Translations under genes and position numbers: made by a program
Assembly (NCBI RefSeq): GCF_000737315.1
Contig: NZ_JMCB01000002.1
Location: forward strand, 268,001 to 516,000
DNA length: 248,000 bases
Direction: 5' to 3'
Source of the DNA: Hyalangium minutum
GTDB lineage: Bacteria; Myxococcota; Myxococcia; Myxococcales; Myxococcaceae
Shown here: piece after piece, positions 166,478 to 175,201 of the stretch
Numbering within the stretch: position 1 is the stretch's first letter
How the letters are laid out: each line of letters begins with the position of its first letter
Notes under the pieces: model-generated
Seen by the model: only the letters and a program-made list of their open reading frames with translations
What the model was told of the DNA's origin: nothing
Database searches by the model: none

Positions 166478-168748
166478 ATGGAAGACATGGCGGATGAGAA
166501 TTTGCCGAAGTTATCGGGGGTATCCCAGGGCAACAGTCCCTCGCGAGCGGTGGGGGGAGATCCCCGAGAGGTTCCTCGCTCCGCTGGAGGGGGCCTGCCT
166601 GAAAGGCCTGTGCGTCTGGGAGCCGCGGTAGGAGCCATGGGGCAAGGTCGGCCGCCTGAGGCGACGACCCTTCCGGCCGCTGGCACACGCCAGGCACCTC
166701 GGCCCCCTGTTCGGGAGACTGCCACTCCGGGCAAGCCCGTACCTTCTCCGGCCGCGAGCGCACCTCGGAGCGAGTCCCCACGTCCCGCACAACCGGCAGG
166801 AGTCCGGGCCCAGCAGCCTCCGCGGCCCGACGGCAGCCCCAAAGAGGTTCTCCAGAGGCTTCCTGAGGCGGAAGCCCATGCGTTCACCGAGCTGCGCTCC
166901 CAGGCGAATGCGGCAGCGGCGGAACTGAACCCCGAGCTCGAGAACGCAGTGGGGTTCACTCATTTCGACACCGCGTCGAGCCAGGACAACCTCATCACCG
167001 TGCTGATGACGCGGGCTGATCTGCACAAGTTGCCCTCGCAGACACTCGTGCGGGTGAAGTCCCTGGAAGACAAGCGCTCCTACCTGGGCGTGGTCGTCCG
167101 CGGCCCCTTCTCCGAGCCGGATGCCGTGGCCGCCAACTCCAACATCGCCGTGGGCGTGGTCGTCCAGGGCAAGAAGCTCTCCTTTACCTTTGATTACCAC
167201 GGCCGGGCCGAGATCGAGATCCTTGGCGAGGAGAACGACGGCAAGGTGCTTCCCCCCGGCCACCGCCCGCGCCCCAAGAGCCCCGTCTTCCTGCTGGATG
167301 ACGAAGAGAGCGAGCACGTCCTGGGGATGAAGGGAGAACTGTGTCTTGGAATGGTCGTGGGCTACAAGCAGATGGAGGCGCGCATCGACGCCCTGGACAA
167401 GTCCATCCTGCCCCGCCATACGGGCATCATCGGGACCACCGGCGGTGGCAAGTCCACCACCGTCGCGACGCTCATCCACCGGGCCCAGTCCGCTGGAGTC
167501 GCCACCATCGTCTTCGATGTGGAAGGTGAATACACCCATGTGGACCAGGCCACCGACGAGCCGACGATGCTCGCGGCACTCCAGCGCAGGAAGCAGCGGC
167601 CCGAGGGGGTGAAGGATCTGCACATCCATCACCTGATAGGCCGTGACACCCGCAACCGCCGTCATAAGCACCGGCATCCCTTCGCGTTGAGCTTCTCGAG
167701 CCTCTCACCCCATGCCATCGCGGAGATTCTCGAGATGACGGACGCGCAGCAGGAGCGCTTCCACAAGGCCTACGAGGTCACCAAGCTGCTGTTGGAGGAT
167801 CTGAAGATCTTCCCGAAGACTCCCGAAGAGCAGCAGCAGTTGATGGAACTCGATGAGCTCTCCACGGGCTATCCGCGCATGACTCTCGAGCACCTCTTGG
167901 ATGTCGTGAGCACGTACATCTACGTCCTGAGCAGTGAGGGAAGGGCTGAGAGCAAGACCAAGACCAAAGGATCCTCCCGGCAGGCCCCGGTGCCCGGCGA
168001 GAACATCGAGGAGGGGGCCGTTGAGTCGGCACCCTCCCAAGGGCCTCGGCTCTTCAGCGAGTTCAAGGAGCACCTGCACCTGGTCTTCCGCCGCGTGCAT
168101 GAGCAGAGCAGCCGGAGCGAGGTGAGCTGGAAGGCCTTGTTTGGCAGGCTCCTGCGCCTGCGGCGCCTCAAAATCTTCGACGTGGGGCATGCACGAGGCG
168201 TGGATTACGACTCCATGCTGACCCCGGGGCGGGTGTCGGTGATCGATCTGTCGGACACAGACTCGCCCCAGCTCAACAATCTCGTCATCGCCGACATCCT
168301 CCGGGGGCTCCAGGAGCGGCAGGAGGAGCGCTACCAGCGGGCCCAGGAACAGAACCACCCCGTCGACCCGGCCCTCATCATCATCGAAGAGGCCCACGAG
168401 TTCCTCTCGGCCAGCCGCATCGCGCAGATGCCGGTGCTCTTCGAGCAGGTCGCTCGCATCGCCAAGCGCGGACGCAAGCGCTGGTTGGGGCTCGTCTTCG
168501 TCACCCAGTTGCCCCAGCACCTGCCCAACGAGGTGCTCGGCCTGCTCAACAACTTCATCATCCACAAGATGACCGACAGCACCGTCATCTCCCGGATGCA
168601 GAAGTCCGTGGGTGGGATCGACGAGAGCCTCTGGGGCCGCGTCCCCCGGCTGGCTCCCGGGCAGGCCATCGCCTCGTTCAGTTCCTTCAAGCGGCCTCTG
168701 ATGATCACCGTGGATCCCGCTCCCGTGAAGCGGTTGCTCGTGGATTGA
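166478..168748 (+). CDS. herA: HerA/FtsK-family ATPase
   Basis: HAS barrel, HTGIIGTTGGGKST, IIIEEAHEF, GRK.WLG...TQ.P. Confidence 0.9.
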   Translation: MEDMADENLPKLSGVSQGNSPSRAVGGDPREVPRSAGGGLPERPVRLGAAVGAMGQGRPPEATTLPAAGTRQAPRPPVRETATPGKPVPSPAASAPRSESPRPAQPAGVRAQQPPRPDGSPKEVLQRLPEAEAHAFTELRSQANAAAAELNPELENAVGFTHFDTASSQDNLITVLMTRADLHKLPSQTLVRVKSLEDKRSYLGVVVRGPFSEPDAVAANSNIAVGVVVQGKKLSFTFDYHGRAEIEILGEENDGKVLPPGHRPRPKSPVFLLDDEESEHVLGMKGELCLGMVVGYKQMEARIDALDKSILPRHTGIIGTTGGGKSTTVATLIHRAQSAGVATIVFDVEGEYTHVDQATDEPTMLAALQRRKQRPEGVKDLHIHHLIGRDTRNRRHKHRHPFALSFSSLSPHAIAEILEMTDAQQERFHKAYEVTKLLLEDLKIFPKTPEEQQQLMELDELSTGYPRMTLEHLLDVVSTYIYVLSSEGRAESKTKTKGSSRQAPVPGENIEEGAVESAPSQGPRLFSEFKEHLHLVFRRVHEQSSRSEVSWKALFGRLLRLRRLKIFDVGHARGVDYDSMLTPGRVSVIDLSDTDSPQLNNLVIADILRGLQERQEERYQRAQEQNHPVDPALIIIEEAHEFLSASRIAQMPVLFEQVARIAKRGRKRWLGLVFVTQLPQHLPNEVLGLLNNFIIHKMTDSTVISRMQKSVGGIDESLWGRVPRLAPGQAIASFSSFKRPLMITVDPAPVKRLLVD

Positions 168749-168795
168749 GACCGCGAGACCGCTTGGACACATTCGCGCGGGTGCCCTGAGGAGAT

Positions 168796-168815
168796 CCCCC
168801 GAAAGGGGGGTATGC
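168796..168815 (+). promoter_or_regulatory. Conserved 20-bp upstream motif, copy 1
   Basis: CCCCCGAAAGGGGGGTATGC, 45 bp before the PurA-like start. Confidence 0.5.
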
Positions 168816-168860
168816 CCTCGATGACGCCTTTCCTAGCTTGTTTGTCACTAGGAGGCTCGA

Positions 168861-170495
168861 ATGTCGAAGGGAGAGCGGGTTCTTGTCATCTCGGGTCCGA
168901 TTGGAGCAGGCAAGAGCACGCTTGCCCAAGGACTCGTCGAGCGCCATGGAGCACATCGTGTCAGCTCTCGGGAGCTGTTGCTCGCGCGCATGGGAGAACG
169001 CAGTGGGGACCGGCGCACGCTCCAGGAGGCCGGTGCGGCGCTGGACCGCGAGACGGGTGGGCGCTGGGTGGCGGACAGCGTGAAGGAAGTCCTTCAGCGG
169101 CAGGAAGGACCGCCCCGTCTACTCATCGTGGACTCTGTCCGCATCGCATCCCAGGCCGAGGCGCTGCGAAGAGCCCTGGGGTCCCGGGTGGTGCATGTGC
169201 ACCTGTCCGCGCCGGAGCAAGAACTCGCGGCGCGATACGAACAACGGCGTTCGCGGGCGGTGTCCGACTCCGAGGGCACCTCGTTCGAGGAGGCCCGCGC
169301 CGATGCCACGGAGCGCGGAGTGGAGACGCTCGCGGAGTTCGCGGACCTGGCGCTGAACACACACCGGCATCCCCCCGAGGCGGTGCTGGTCCAGGTCGCA
169401 TGCCTGCTCGGGCTGTTTGGCCGAGACGTGGAGCGGCTCGTCGACGTGTTGGTCGGAGGCCAGTATGGAAGCGAGGGCAAGGGGCAGATCGCCTCCTATC
169501 TCGCGCCGGAATACGACGTCTTGGTGCGCGTGGGGGGGCCCAATGCCGGACATCGCGTGTACGAGGAGCTGGGGCCTTATACCTTCCACCAGCTTCCGTC
169601 GGGGACACGGGCGGCGCCTCGCGCGCGGGTGGCGCTGGGGCCTGGAGCCACTCTCTCGCTGACGTCTCTTCAGCAAGAGATCGCTGACTGCCGGATCGAG
169701 CCGGGGAGGCTCTTCATCGATCCCCAAGCGCTCGTCATCGAACCCTCGGACGTCGCGTTCGAGGAAGAGTCCTTGCGGAAGCAAATTGCGTCGACGGCAC
169801 AAGGTGTGGGGATGGCGACGGCGCGCAAGGTGCTGCGCACGGCGGCGAAGCCGCAGGTCCGGCTTGCGAAGGAGCTTGAAGAGCTGAGGCCCTTTCTCTC
169901 CCCTACGCGAGAGGTGCTGGAGGACACCTATGCGGGTGGCGGTAAAATCCTCGTCGAGGGGACCCAGGGGGCGGGTTTGAGCTTGCACCATGGGGATTAT
170001 CCGTATGTGACCTCGCGGGACACGACGGCGAGCGGGTGTCTGGCGGAGGCCGGCATTGCTCCAGGCCGGGTGCGTAAGACGCTTCTGGTATGCCGCACTT
170101 ATCCCATTCGGGTGCAGAACCCCGATGGAGGGGATGGCACCTCGGGCCCCATGAGCAGAGAACTTTCCTGGGATGAGATTGCCCAGCGCTCGGGCTTGCC
170201 TCTGGAGGAGCTGCTGACGCAGGAGCGTACCTCGACGACGAAGCGGCAGCGGCGAGTCTCCGAGTTCGATTGGAGCCTGCTGCGCAAGGCTGCCGCGCTC
170301 AATGCCCCCACGGACGTGGTGCTGACCTTCGTGGACTATCTCGCCGCGAGCAACAGGTCCGCCCGGCGCTTCGAGCAATTGACCCCAGAGGTGCACCACC
170401 TCATTGAAGGCATCGAGCGGGTCGCCCAGGCCCCGGTGTCGATCCTGTCCACGGGCTTTGGTTTTCAGAACATCCTCGACAGGAGGGCGTGGTGA
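168861..170495 (+). CDS. P-loop NMP kinase fused to adenylosuccinate-synthetase-family domain with PurZ0-like signature
   Basis: SGPIGAGKST; GGQYGSEGKG, GGPNAGH, EGTQG, YPYVTS, RTYPIRV, TSTTKRQRRV, LTFVDY. Confidence 0.85.
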   Translation: MSKGERVLVISGPIGAGKSTLAQGLVERHGAHRVSSRELLLARMGERSGDRRTLQEAGAALDRETGGRWVADSVKEVLQRQEGPPRLLIVDSVRIASQAEALRRALGSRVVHVHLSAPEQELAARYEQRRSRAVSDSEGTSFEEARADATERGVETLAEFADLALNTHRHPPEAVLVQVACLLGLFGRDVERLVDVLVGGQYGSEGKGQIASYLAPEYDVLVRVGGPNAGHRVYEELGPYTFHQLPSGTRAAPRARVALGPGATLSLTSLQQEIADCRIEPGRLFIDPQALVIEPSDVAFEEESLRKQIASTAQGVGMATARKVLRTAAKPQVRLAKELEELRPFLSPTREVLEDTYAGGGKILVEGTQGAGLSLHHGDYPYVTSRDTTASGCLAEAGIAPGRVRKTLLVCRTYPIRVQNPDGGDGTSGPMSRELSWDEIAQRSGLPLEELLTQERTSTTKRQRRVSEFDWSLLRKAAALNAPTDVVLTFVDYLAASNRSARRFEQLTPEVHHLIEGIERVAQAPVSILSTGFGFQNILDRRAW

Positions 170496-171169
170496 GCGGG
170501 ATTCGCGCGGACGACTTCTCCGAACGCTTTCCCCTCCTCTTTCACATGGCGGAGGCAGGGAGCTGGCCGAGCATCCAGCGCCATGGGCTGCTGAGCACCT
170601 CGGCGCTCCTGGACCTCTTCGAGGTGAGGGGCGAGCAGCGGGTGGCCTTGGAAGCACGGCATCGGCCCGAGTCTGTCACGCTCTATCACCCCCGGCACGG
170701 GACTGCGGTCGTGCGAGACCAGAAACCCATGGATGATGCAGGGCTGCTGCGGAGTCTGAGCGGCGGACTGTCTCCAACGGATTGGTACCAACTGCTCAAT
170801 GCCCGGGTGTTCTTCTGGGTCACCCACGAGCGGCTCACGAAGCTTCTCAATGCCCGAGCGTACCGGAACAAGCGGCAGACGGTGCTGACGCTAGACACCG
170901 CGCGGCTGCTGGCTCGCCATGAGGCGCGCGTCATGCTGTCCCCACTCAACAGTGGAGCGACGAAGCCATCTGCATGGCCTCGTGGACCGGACACCTTCCT
171001 GCCGATGGTGCGATACCCGTTCTCTTCTTGGGACCAGAGGCGCAAGCGCCGGGATCCGGTGGTCGAACTGACCGTCACCTATTCCGTGCCCGACATCAGG
171101 GACTTCGTGCTGCGAGTCGAGGAGTACGCGGGGGGGAAGCCAGACACGCTGTTGTTCAAGGCCAGGTGA
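170492..171169 (+). CDS. DarT-like ADP-ribosyltransferase-fold protein (DUF7002-like)
   Basis: LFH....SW.SI..HGLLS, VFFW, late ELTV motif; 4-bp overlap with upstream stop. Confidence 0.6.
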   Translation: MSGIRADDFSERFPLLFHMAEAGSWPSIQRHGLLSTSALLDLFEVRGEQRVALEARHRPESVTLYHPRHGTAVVRDQKPMDDAGLLRSLSGGLSPTDWYQLLNARVFFWVTHERLTKLLNARAYRNKRQTVLTLDTARLLARHEARVMLSPLNSGATKPSAWPRGPDTFLPMVRYPFSSWDQRRKRRDPVVELTVTYSVPDIRDFVLRVEEYAGGKPDTLLFKAR

Positions 171170-171175
171170 GTCACA

Positions 171176-171195
171176 CCCCCGAACGGGGGATATGC
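171176..171195 (+). promoter_or_regulatory. Conserved 20-bp upstream motif, copy 2
   Basis: CCCCCGAACGGGGGATATGC, 18/20 identical to copy 1. Confidence 0.5.
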
Positions 171196-171247
171196 GTCTC
171201 TGCCTCGGGTCTCTAATTTGTGTCCTGAAGCAACCCAGGAGACGTCA

Positions 171248-171442
171248 ATGGCGACCGGAGTACAGGAGTTCAAGACGGGTGAGAAGTGCGAGACCAAAGG
171301 CAACTACGCGTTCGTTCGGTACGTGGACAATCCGCAGACCCCCCTTCCGACAATCAATGAGCGGAACATTCCTCTCGACAAGGGGGACACGTTCCCTCCC
171401 ATCAAGTCTCAGAACAGGGCAGCTTGGTGGAGGCTTACCTAG
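171248..171442 (+). CDS. YjzC-like small protein
   Basis: FKTGEK...G.Y, I.L.KGD.FPP, W. Confidence 0.7.
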   Translation: MATGVQEFKTGEKCETKGNYAFVRYVDNPQTPLPTINERNIPLDKGDTFPPIKSQNRAAWWRLT

Positions 171443-171459
171443 GTGACGTAGACGTGATG

Positions 171460-171493
171460 GCGAGCGTCGGAGCCTGTGAGCTCTGACGCTCGC
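171460..171493. terminator. Hairpin between convergent genes
   Basis: gcgagcgtcggagc...gctctgacgctcgc. Confidence 0.5.
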
Positions 171494-171502
171494 ATCTAAG
171501 CG

Positions 171503-172774
171503 CTACCGGCAGGGGTAGTTGGACTTCGTGCAGGTGACGCCGGAGTTATACGAGTCGTTGAAGTGGGCGTAGTACCCGTCATAGAGCGGGTGCGTCGTCC
171601 CGGTCTCGCCCGCCAACTTGACGAAGATCTCCTCGTTCTCGTTGAGCGCGTCCTGGGACCAGTTCTGCGAGCCCGTGTACACCCGGTACTGGTACGCGGA
171701 GCCGTACTTGCCGTACACGAGGAAGAACTTGTCGTGCACCTTGTCGTGCCGGCGGATGTTCACCCCCGCATCCAGCAGCGAGTTGTAGACCGACTGCGCC
171801 ATGTCGATGCCGTCGGTCGAGTTCCCGCTCACCACCATCCACACCGCGCAGCCCCCGTTGCGGTAGCGCAGCACCTGGTTGAGTAGCTCCGGGCGCCCCG
171901 TGGTGACGAACGCCATGCCAATGCGCAGGCGGCAGTTCGCGTCCGGCGTGACGTCGTTCAGCCGCGTGACGATGGTGTCCGTCTGGCCCACGGCCTCGGG
172001 CGAGGCGTAGACGTCCGCAGGGTTGGACAGGTAGTAGCCCCGGCCGCTCGCCGAGTCGTAGTAGTCATTGTTGGCGTAGTGCCGCCGGTTCCACATGTCC
172101 GAGAAGTGGGCGTTGAGCCCGTCGTACAGCGTGACGGCGTCATACACGGTGATGGCGTTGTTGGACGCATCCGGTCCGCTCGCGTACGTCAGGTTCGATG
172201 AGCCGAACCAGGACACGTTCGGGTAGAGCACCCCGCTGGGATCCGTCGCCTGGCTGAACGTGAACATCTTCGTGTGCATATTGCCGGCGCTGCTCGTGCC
172301 GATGCAGCCCCCGCCACCACTCGCGTTGGTGCAGAACTTCGCGTTGGCGATCTTCTTGAGGGTCGCCACCGCCGGATCCGTGGAGGCTGCGTTCTTCCCA
172401 TCCAGCACCAGGGACACAGAGACGCCCCGCGTCTGCGCCGCCAGCAGCGCATCCGCCACGCCATCAATGCTGATGGAGTGAATGGCGCCCCGGATGGTGC
172501 CACCCGCGGGCGTGCTGTGGATGAGCCGCTTCAGCTCGTCCGTGATGGTGTAGTCCCGGCCCGAGAACGCGGGCGGGTTGCTGAAGTGTGCCCAGACCCG
172601 CTTGCCGCCCACCGTCCCCGTCGCGGAGCTGATCCCCGCCTGAACGACGCCGGTCTCCTCGCCCAGGAGCTCTTCTTCCTCGGGAGAGCGAGGCGCGCAG
172701 GCGGTGAGCGCCGCCGCGCTGAGAGCCACTGCCAGTGCCTGCAGAACCGCCTCAATGTTTGTCCGCGAACGCAT
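171503..172774 (-). CDS. Phospholipase D-fold lipoprotein
   Basis: Lipobox LTAC; two HxK motifs (MHTK, VHDK), GSSN/GSQN. Confidence 0.85.
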   Translation of the reverse strand: MRSRTNIEAVLQALAVALSAAALTACAPRSPEEEELLGEETGVVQAGISSATGTVGGKRVWAHFSNPPAFSGRDYTITDELKRLIHSTPAGGTIRGAIHSISIDGVADALLAAQTRGVSVSLVLDGKNAASTDPAVATLKKIANAKFCTNASGGGGCIGTSSAGNMHTKMFTFSQATDPSGVLYPNVSWFGSSNLTYASGPDASNNAITVYDAVTLYDGLNAHFSDMWNRRHYANNDYYDSASGRGYYLSNPADVYASPEAVGQTDTIVTRLNDVTPDANCRLRIGMAFVTTGRPELLNQVLRYRNGGCAVWMVVSGNSTDGIDMAQSVYNSLLDAGVNIRRHDKVHDKFFLVYGKYGSAYQYRVYTGSQNWSQDALNENEEIFVKLAGETGTTHPLYDGYYAHFNDSYNSGVTCTKSNYPCR

Positions 172775-172867
172775 CTGCTCCCTCCAGGGGCTCGACAACC
172801 CGAGAAAGCCAGAATCACGGAGATAATGATAAATCAAGTGCTCCAGGAGCCGGTGACTTTCGATATT

Positions 172868-172886
172868 GAAAATGAGAACCATTATC
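172868..172886. promoter_or_regulatory. Fur box
   Basis: GAAAATGAGAACCATTATC, 16/19 to GATAATGATAATCATTATC. Confidence 0.75.
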
Positions 172887-172943
172887 AAATAGGGTCGCGG
172901 CCCGAAGTCTTCCTCTCTCTGCACACGCCCCCTGGACAGGACT

Positions 172944-173735
172944 GTGGCCATGAACTCCTCCACCGAAGTGAGACCGATGAATCGCGAGACCCGAGCCCGA
173001 TGGGTATGGGCGATGATGATGATGTCGATGGTGCCGCTGTGGGCAGGCTGCGGCACGGACGACGAGCCCGAGCCCGCACCGAAGTGTGAGGCCAGCGCCG
173101 TGCGGTGCACCGAGCAGAGCATCGACCAGCTCGACCTGCTCACCACCGTGTCCACGGGAGAGATTCGCGAGGAGGGAACCACCTCCGGCCAGTTCCATAC
173201 CTATGTGGATGCTCGCGCGGGCGGGCTCACGCCCACGCAGTCCTATACCTACGTCAGCTTCACCGAGCAGGGGCTGACCCGGGTGTCGGTGGATGATCAG
173301 GCGGCACTGGCGTCGACGGACTGGGACATTGCCTTCCGCCGCTTCGTCATCCGGGTGAACAGCGGCGTCTCGGGGCCCTCCTGCGTCTCCGTGGCGCAGG
173401 CCCCGGTGGGCACGACCTTTGACTCGGTGACCCGGGTGGACCCCGCGTGGCAGTTCCGCACGGAGAACTACTTCACGGAGACCTGCGAGCTCGTCGAGGA
173501 CGACACCGGCATCGGCGCGCCGGCCGCGGTGATGGGCAGCTACTGGTCCTACGAGAGCTGTCTGGTCATGACGGGCAACGTCTTCGTGCTGCGTCTGGCC
173601 GACAGCCGCCACGTCAAGGTGCAGGTGACGAGCTACTACGAGCCCTCGGTCCAGGAGACGTGCAACCAGACGGGGAGCGCGACCCAGCCGAGCGGCGCGG
173701 CGCAGTTCCGGGTCAAGTGGGCCTTCCTCCCGTGA
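172944..173735 (+). CDS. hmuY: HmuY-family heme-binding lipoprotein
   Basis: WDIAFRR..I.VNSG.SG; YY. Confidence 0.75.
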   Translation: MAMNSSTEVRPMNRETRARWVWAMMMMSMVPLWAGCGTDDEPEPAPKCEASAVRCTEQSIDQLDLLTTVSTGEIREEGTTSGQFHTYVDARAGGLTPTQSYTYVSFTEQGLTRVSVDDQAALASTDWDIAFRRFVIRVNSGVSGPSCVSVAQAPVGTTFDSVTRVDPAWQFRTENYFTETCELVEDDTGIGAPAAVMGSYWSYESCLVMTGNVFVLRLADSRHVKVQVTSYYEPSVQETCNQTGSATQPSGAAQFRVKWAFLP

Positions 173736-175201
173736 GGTGGGCGGCGCTGGCGGTCCTCGCCTTCGCCGGGTGTGGCCCGGGCCACTCAGCGCCCGAGCCA
173801 CATGACCGCTCACAGGCCGCGTTGTTGGCGGAGAGCCGGCCGACCTCTCCGTCCTCGAGCCTGCCGCGCTTCGAGGCCACCGAGCAGGTGGAGTCCGTGG
173901 TGTCCCCTGGGGCGCATTTCCGCATCCACTTCACGCGCAGCGGGCCCAATGCGGTGAAGGCTGCGGATGCCGATGGCAATGGCATCCCGGATGCGGTCGA
174001 CATCGTGGCTCGGACCTACGATCGGGTCGCGGCCTTCTACGCGGGGCTGGGCTACCTGCCTCCGCCCGAGGACTCCTGGCTGCCGGGAGACTTCGGCGGA
174101 GACGGGCTCTTCGATGTCTACCTGTTGGACTTCGCCGGGCGTGCGGACGGGGCGTTCCGGACAGATGGTTGCCAGGGCGCGGAGAGCCAGTGCTCGGGGC
174201 ACATGCTCCAGGAGAATGACTTCACCGGGTACAGCTACCGCTCCTATGAGGAGGCGGTGGACACGCTGGCCAGCCATGAGTTCTTCCATGCCGTGCAGGC
174301 CGCCTACCACCCCAACCTCGGGAGCGTGGCGGTGGAGGGCACCGCGGTCTGGGCGACGGAGCGCTTCGCCCCGGCCTTGGAGGATCTGGAGCAGTTCTCC
174401 TCCGCGTACCTCGATCGGCCGGATCGCAGCCTGGTCGTGGATCCCGACGGGCCGGGCAGCTTCTCCTACGGCTCCTCGCTCTACTTTCAGTTCTTGAGCG
174501 AGCGCTTCGGAGACCGGCTCATCCTGTCGATGTGGGAGGAGAGCGTCCGCACCCCCAGCGTGCGCTGGCCGGCGCTGGTGGATACCGTGCTGCGCCGCGA
174601 TTCGGGCGCGGACTTCGACCGTGCCTTCGCGGAGTTTGCCCAGTGGAACATGGCCACCGGTTCACATGCCCGGCCGGGCCAGGGGTACGCGCGCGGCGAG
174701 GGCTATGCCGAGCTCACCTCCTCCTCCAAGACCTTCCCAGTGGATGAGCCCTCGGTGCGGGTGGCTCCTGCCTCGACGCGATACTTCGAGGTGGCGGGAG
174801 CACAGAACATCTCCGTGAGCTTCCAGCCCACGGATGATGCGGAGACAGGGGCGCTCCACCTCCTGGTGGCAGTGGTGGGCCAGGACGGCACGCTCCAGGT
174901 GACCCGGGCGGACAGTCCAGGGGCTCTGCTCGCCCAGGTGTCCGCGCAGGGTGCCTCCCGCGTGCTGGTGGCGGTCGTGGATGGGCGCCACCAAGGGCTG
175001 GGGCGGTACGGGCGGCTCTGCATCACGGACACCGCCACCGGCTCGCCTTGCGGCGGGGACGCTCCCTCCGATGGCGAGGACAAGGACACGGGCTGCCAGT
175101 CAGCCCCCGGCGGATGGACGTGGTGGCTGTCCTGGCTGGTGCTGGCCGCTGGCGGGTACCGCCCCCTCCGGAAGCGGTCTCACCTCGAAGCTTCGCGCTG
175201 A
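173732..175201 (+). CDS. MXAN_6640-like zinc metalloprotease lipoprotein with MYXO-CTERM-like tail
   Basis: SHEFFHAVQ..Y, EGTA.W. Confidence 0.75.
   Translation: MRWAALAVLAFAGCGPGHSAPEPHDRSQAALLAESRPTSPSSSLPRFEATEQVESVVSPGAHFRIHFTRSGPNAVKAADADGNGIPDAVDIVARTYDRVAAFYAGLGYLPPPEDSWLPGDFGGDGLFDVYLLDFAGRADGAFRTDGCQGAESQCSGHMLQENDFTGYSYRSYEEAVDTLASHEFFHAVQAAYHPNLGSVAVEGTAVWATERFAPALEDLEQFSSAYLDRPDRSLVVDPDGPGSFSYGSSLYFQFLSERFGDRLILSMWEESVRTPSVRWPALVDTVLRRDSGADFDRAFAEFAQWNMATGSHARPGQGYARGEGYAELTSSSKTFPVDEPSVRVAPASTRYFEVAGAQNISVSFQPTDDAETGALHLLVAVVGQDGTLQVTRADSPGALLAQVSAQGASRVLVAVVDGRHQGLGRYGRLCITDTATGSPCGGDAPSDGEDKDTGCQSAPGGWTWWLSWLVLAAGGYRPLRKRSHLEASR

Noticed and set aside
168861-170495. Housekeeping purA
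   Set aside because: Catalytic Asp replaced by Ser, short domain, kinase fusion and non-purine-pathway context; symbol purA withheld. purZ also withheld because the substrate is untested.
160340-171500. Prophage or ICE
   Set aside because: No integrase, structural, replication or conjugation genes and no flanking direct repeats found by eye; called only an accessory island.
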